The notes under the pieces: model-generated | What the model was told of the DNA's origin: nothing | Databases searched by the model: none | Seen by the model: only the letters and a program-made list of their open reading frames with translations | Shown: positions 6,580 through 8,996 of the stretch, piece after piece | Numbering within the stretch: position 1 is the first letter of the stretch | Layout of the letters: the number at the start of each line of letters is the position of its first letter | Translations under genes and position numbers: made by a program | Source of the DNA: a virus | Taxonomy: Duplodnaviria > Heunggongvirae > Uroviricota > Caudoviricetes | IMG/VR virus record: IMGVR_UViG_2579778899_000011 | Location: 1 to 8,996 of that record | Length of the DNA stretch: 8,996 nt | Direction: 5' to 3' (one strand)

Positions 6580-8702
6580 AGCGCGCACCAAACTTAAAGC
6601 ACCAGCCAGCCGACAAAATGACGGAGGTTATCATCTTTGCGGGTAGTGATGCGTGGAGCCATGCGAAAGAGTGGCAGGAATGGGCAGGTAAACATATTGC
6701 CGCCGACAATGTGCCGCCTGTCGTTCTGTCAGATGAACACCTGAAAGATATTACTGGTTATCAAATTATTGATGATAGCCGTCAGTGTGTGCGTATTTAC
6801 CGCGCAGGGCACATCACTGAACGTAGCCTCACACAGATCGTCACGTTGCTGGCTGTGGCTGGCGTGAAGACCGTATACGAATACGCGGGGATAACTGACA
6901 CCAGCCCGGCGGATTTATCCGACCAGTTGCCTCGCCTCAAAGACGAATACGAGCGCGGGGAAAGTCTGGTGTTGCCCTTAAAGAAAAAAATCACAGAAAG
7001 CCCGGGTGATGATGAATTAAAGCCCCGCGTTGAAAGCCGCGCCGATGGTGTTTTCTGGGTAACGCCAAAAGTGGATAAGCAGTCAGGCGAAATTATCCGG
7101 CCTGAAACGTGGTTATGCTCCCCGCTTGAGCTACTGGGAACGGGGACAATCGGCAAAGAGCATTACCGCGTGATGCGCTGGAAAAAGCCAGCAAACCATG
7201 ACGTCATCACGATGGCGGTTCCGTGCGGTGGCATTGGCGACCGTGACGGCTGGCGGCTGCTGAAAGACCACGGACTGAACGTGACAACCAACGGTAAATA
7301 CAGGGCTATCCTGGCTGACTGGATGCAGTTAAGCGGAAACCATGAGGAATGGCAGTTAAGCACAACAACGGGCTGGCATTTTGGCGCGTACATCATGCCG
7401 GACGGTTCGGTCATTGGTGATTGCGAAAAGCCAGTCCTGTTTACCGGAAAAACGGCTGCCGTTAATGGTTATTCCGTGGCAGGAACGGCGGAGGGCTGGC
7501 GCGATACCGTGGCGCGACTGGCTGGTGGTAATCCGTCCATGATGCTGGGTGTGGCGGTATCGCTATCCGCACCATTAATCGGGCTGGTGGGCGCTGATGG
7601 CTTCGGGGTACATCTTTTCGAACAGTCATCAGCAGGTAAGACCACAACGCAGAACATCGCATCAAGTTTATGGGGGGAGCCGGACGCACAACGGCTGACC
7701 TGGTACGGCACAGCGTTAGGTATCGCCAACGAAGCAGAGGCACACAATGACGGGCTTTTACCCCTGGATGAAATAGGTCAGGCCGGAAACGCGCGGGAGG
7801 TGTCCACGTCAGCCTATACGCTGTTTAACGGTTCAGGGAAATTACAGGGGGCAAAGGACGGCGGCAACAGGGAGATAAAACACTGGCGAACGGTGGCAAT
7901 CAGTACCGGAGAAATGGACGTTGAAACATTCCTCAAAACGGAGGGGATAAAAGTCAAGGCGGGGCAGCTTGTCCGTCTGCTTAACGTGCCGATGGAAAAA
8001 GCCACGCAGTTTCACGAATACAGCACCGGAAAGGCACACGCAGACGCGTTAAAGGATGCCTGGACAGCAAATCACGGGGCGGCTGGTCGTGAATGGGTTA
8101 AATGGCTGGCAGACCACCAGCAGGAGGCAAAGGACGCGGTAAGGGCATGCCGTGAACGGTGGCGCAATCTGATACCGGAGAGCTACGGCGAACAGGTTCA
8201 CCGCGTGGGTGAGCGATTCGCCATACTGGAGGCCGCGCTTGTGCTTTCCGGTCATGTTACTGGCTGGGATGTTCAGGCGTGCCGCGATGCCATACAGCAT
8301 AATTTTAATGCCTGGGTGAAGGAATTCGGTACGGGTAACAGGGAGTTTAAACAGATGGTTGAACAGGCAGAGGCTTTTTTAGCGTCGTTCGGATTCAGCA
8401 GATACCTTCCGTGGCCCAACACCGACGAGCGTGATTTACCGATTAAAGAGCTTGCCGGATACAGAAAGGGGAGTATCAGAAACGAAGATGACGAGTTCCG
8501 TTTTTACACGTTCCCACATGTATTTGAGGGTGAGATAGCACAGGGATTTAATCCGTCTCACTTTGCCCGCGCGTTGAGTGCTGCCGGAATGCTGGAAGCG
8601 GGTAACGATCGCCGTTACAAGAAAAAGGCGCTCGGCAGGATTGGGGGGAAGCAGCATGTTTTTTACGTGCTGATGTTCCAGCCAGAAAGCGAAGAAGATT
8701 AA
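6576..8702 (+). CDS. Replication initiator, a P-loop NTPase (primase/helicase-like; DUF927 or SF3-like family candidate)
   Basis: 708-aa ORF. Walker A EQSSAGKTT at residues 349-357 (nt 7620-7646). Walker-B-like LLPLDE about 40 residues downstream. A large N-terminal domain has no motif I can name. Lies immediately upstream of an iteron-rich origin-like region. Confidence 0.65.
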   Translation: MKRAPNLKHQPADKMTEVIIFAGSDAWSHAKEWQEWAGKHIAADNVPPVVLSDEHLKDITGYQIIDDSRQCVRIYRAGHITERSLTQIVTLLAVAGVKTVYEYAGITDTSPADLSDQLPRLKDEYERGESLVLPLKKKITESPGDDELKPRVESRADGVFWVTPKVDKQSGEIIRPETWLCSPLELLGTGTIGKEHYRVMRWKKPANHDVITMAVPCGGIGDRDGWRLLKDHGLNVTTNGKYRAILADWMQLSGNHEEWQLSTTTGWHFGAYIMPDGSVIGDCEKPVLFTGKTAAVNGYSVAGTAEGWRDTVARLAGGNPSMMLGVAVSLSAPLIGLVGADGFGVHLFEQSSAGKTTTQNIASSLWGEPDAQRLTWYGTALGIANEAEAHNDGLLPLDEIGQAGNAREVSTSAYTLFNGSGKLQGAKDGGNREIKHWRTVAISTGEMDVETFLKTEGIKVKAGQLVRLLNVPMEKATQFHEYSTGKAHADALKDAWTANHGAAGREWVKWLADHQQEAKDAVRACRERWRNLIPESYGEQVHRVGERFAILEAALVLSGHVTGWDVQACRDAIQHNFNAWVKEFGTGNREFKQMVEQAEAFLASFGFSRYLPWPNTDERDLPIKELAGYRKGSIRNEDDEFRFYTFPHVFEGEIAQGFNPSHFARALSAAGMLEAGNDRRYKKKALGRIGGKQHVFYVLMFQPESEED

Positions 8703-8724
8703 TTTTTTCTCGCGTGTAGGGTGA

Positions 8725-8880
8725 AAATTTTGCGGGTTATGCGGGTTATTTCTGTGGATAAATCAGCATCCATATGATTATTAAAGGAATGACAGAAAAA
8801 TCGTAACCCGCAAAATACCCAAAATAACCCGCAAAACGGCAGTTATAACCCGCAAAAGTGCGATTATAACCCGCAGAATT
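8725..8880. repeat. Origin-of-replication-like iteron array with a DnaA box and an AT-rich spacer
   Basis: Four direct repeats of (t)ataacccgca(a/g)aa at about 8804, 8824, 8845 and 8866, spaced roughly 20-21 bp. Inverted tandem copies gcgggttat at 8731-8749. A perfect DnaA box TTATCCACA on the minus strand (plus tgtggataa, 8753-8761). AT-rich stretch at 8750-8800. Confidence 0.6.
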
Positions 8881-8938
8881 TCACCGTAAGGGTGTAAACA
8901 AGCGTAACCATCAACGTTAAAACCGGAGAGCAGACAGC

Positions 8939-8996
8939 ATGACAGCACAGATAGCGGCTTACGGGCGGCTGGTGGCTGACCCGCAGTTAAAGACCA
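8939..8996 (+). CDS. 5' end of a gene running off the window; N-terminus resembles the start of SSB-type OB-fold proteins
   Basis: ATG at 8939 preceded by GGAGAG. MTAQIAAYGRLVADPQLKT resembles the N-terminal strand of SSB family proteins. Only 19 residues are visible. Confidence 0.25.
   Translation, partial: MTAQIAAYGRLVADPQLKT

Noticed and set aside
6797-8657. Antisense ORFs inside the rep gene (6797-7156, 7163-7414, 7462-7747, 7814-8039, 8049-8300, 8436-8657)
   Set aside because: All are embedded antisense in a well-supported 708-aa coding sequence and have Pro/Ser/Arg-rich translations typical of the reverse frames of a GC-rich gene.
8725-8880. Short direct repeats considered as a possible CRISPR array
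   Set aside because: The repeats are only about 12 bp with about 8 bp spacers, occur in both orientations, and sit beside a DnaA box and a rep gene. This is an iteron origin, not a CRISPR array.

Overview
The window reads as the packaging end of a cos-type (HK97/lambda-like) enterobacterial phage or prophage, interrupted inside its large terminase gene by an integrase-bearing, P4-like/PICI-like satellite element. Left part (1-~2020): HNH endonuclease, P27-family small terminase, and the ATPase half of the large terminase, which loses protein-like sequence near 2020 and runs into AT-rich junk. Right part (~2020 to past 8996): tyrosine integrase, two tandem AlpA-family regulators each followed by an intrinsic terminator, a Bro-N antirepressor-like protein, a ~390 bp non-coding stretch with Chi-containing repeats, a leftward RHH-like small gene, a divergent promoter region with three palindromic operators, a rightward translationally coupled operon (Icd-like, two small ORFs, DUF4222-like, a 708-aa P-loop replication protein), then an iteron-plus-DnaA-box origin and the start of an SSB-like gene. 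The key hypothesis is a satellite integrated into the terL of its likely helper. It cannot be proven from this window because the element's right end and any 3' terL half lie beyond 8996. All family assignments are from motif recognition by eye; no database search was run.
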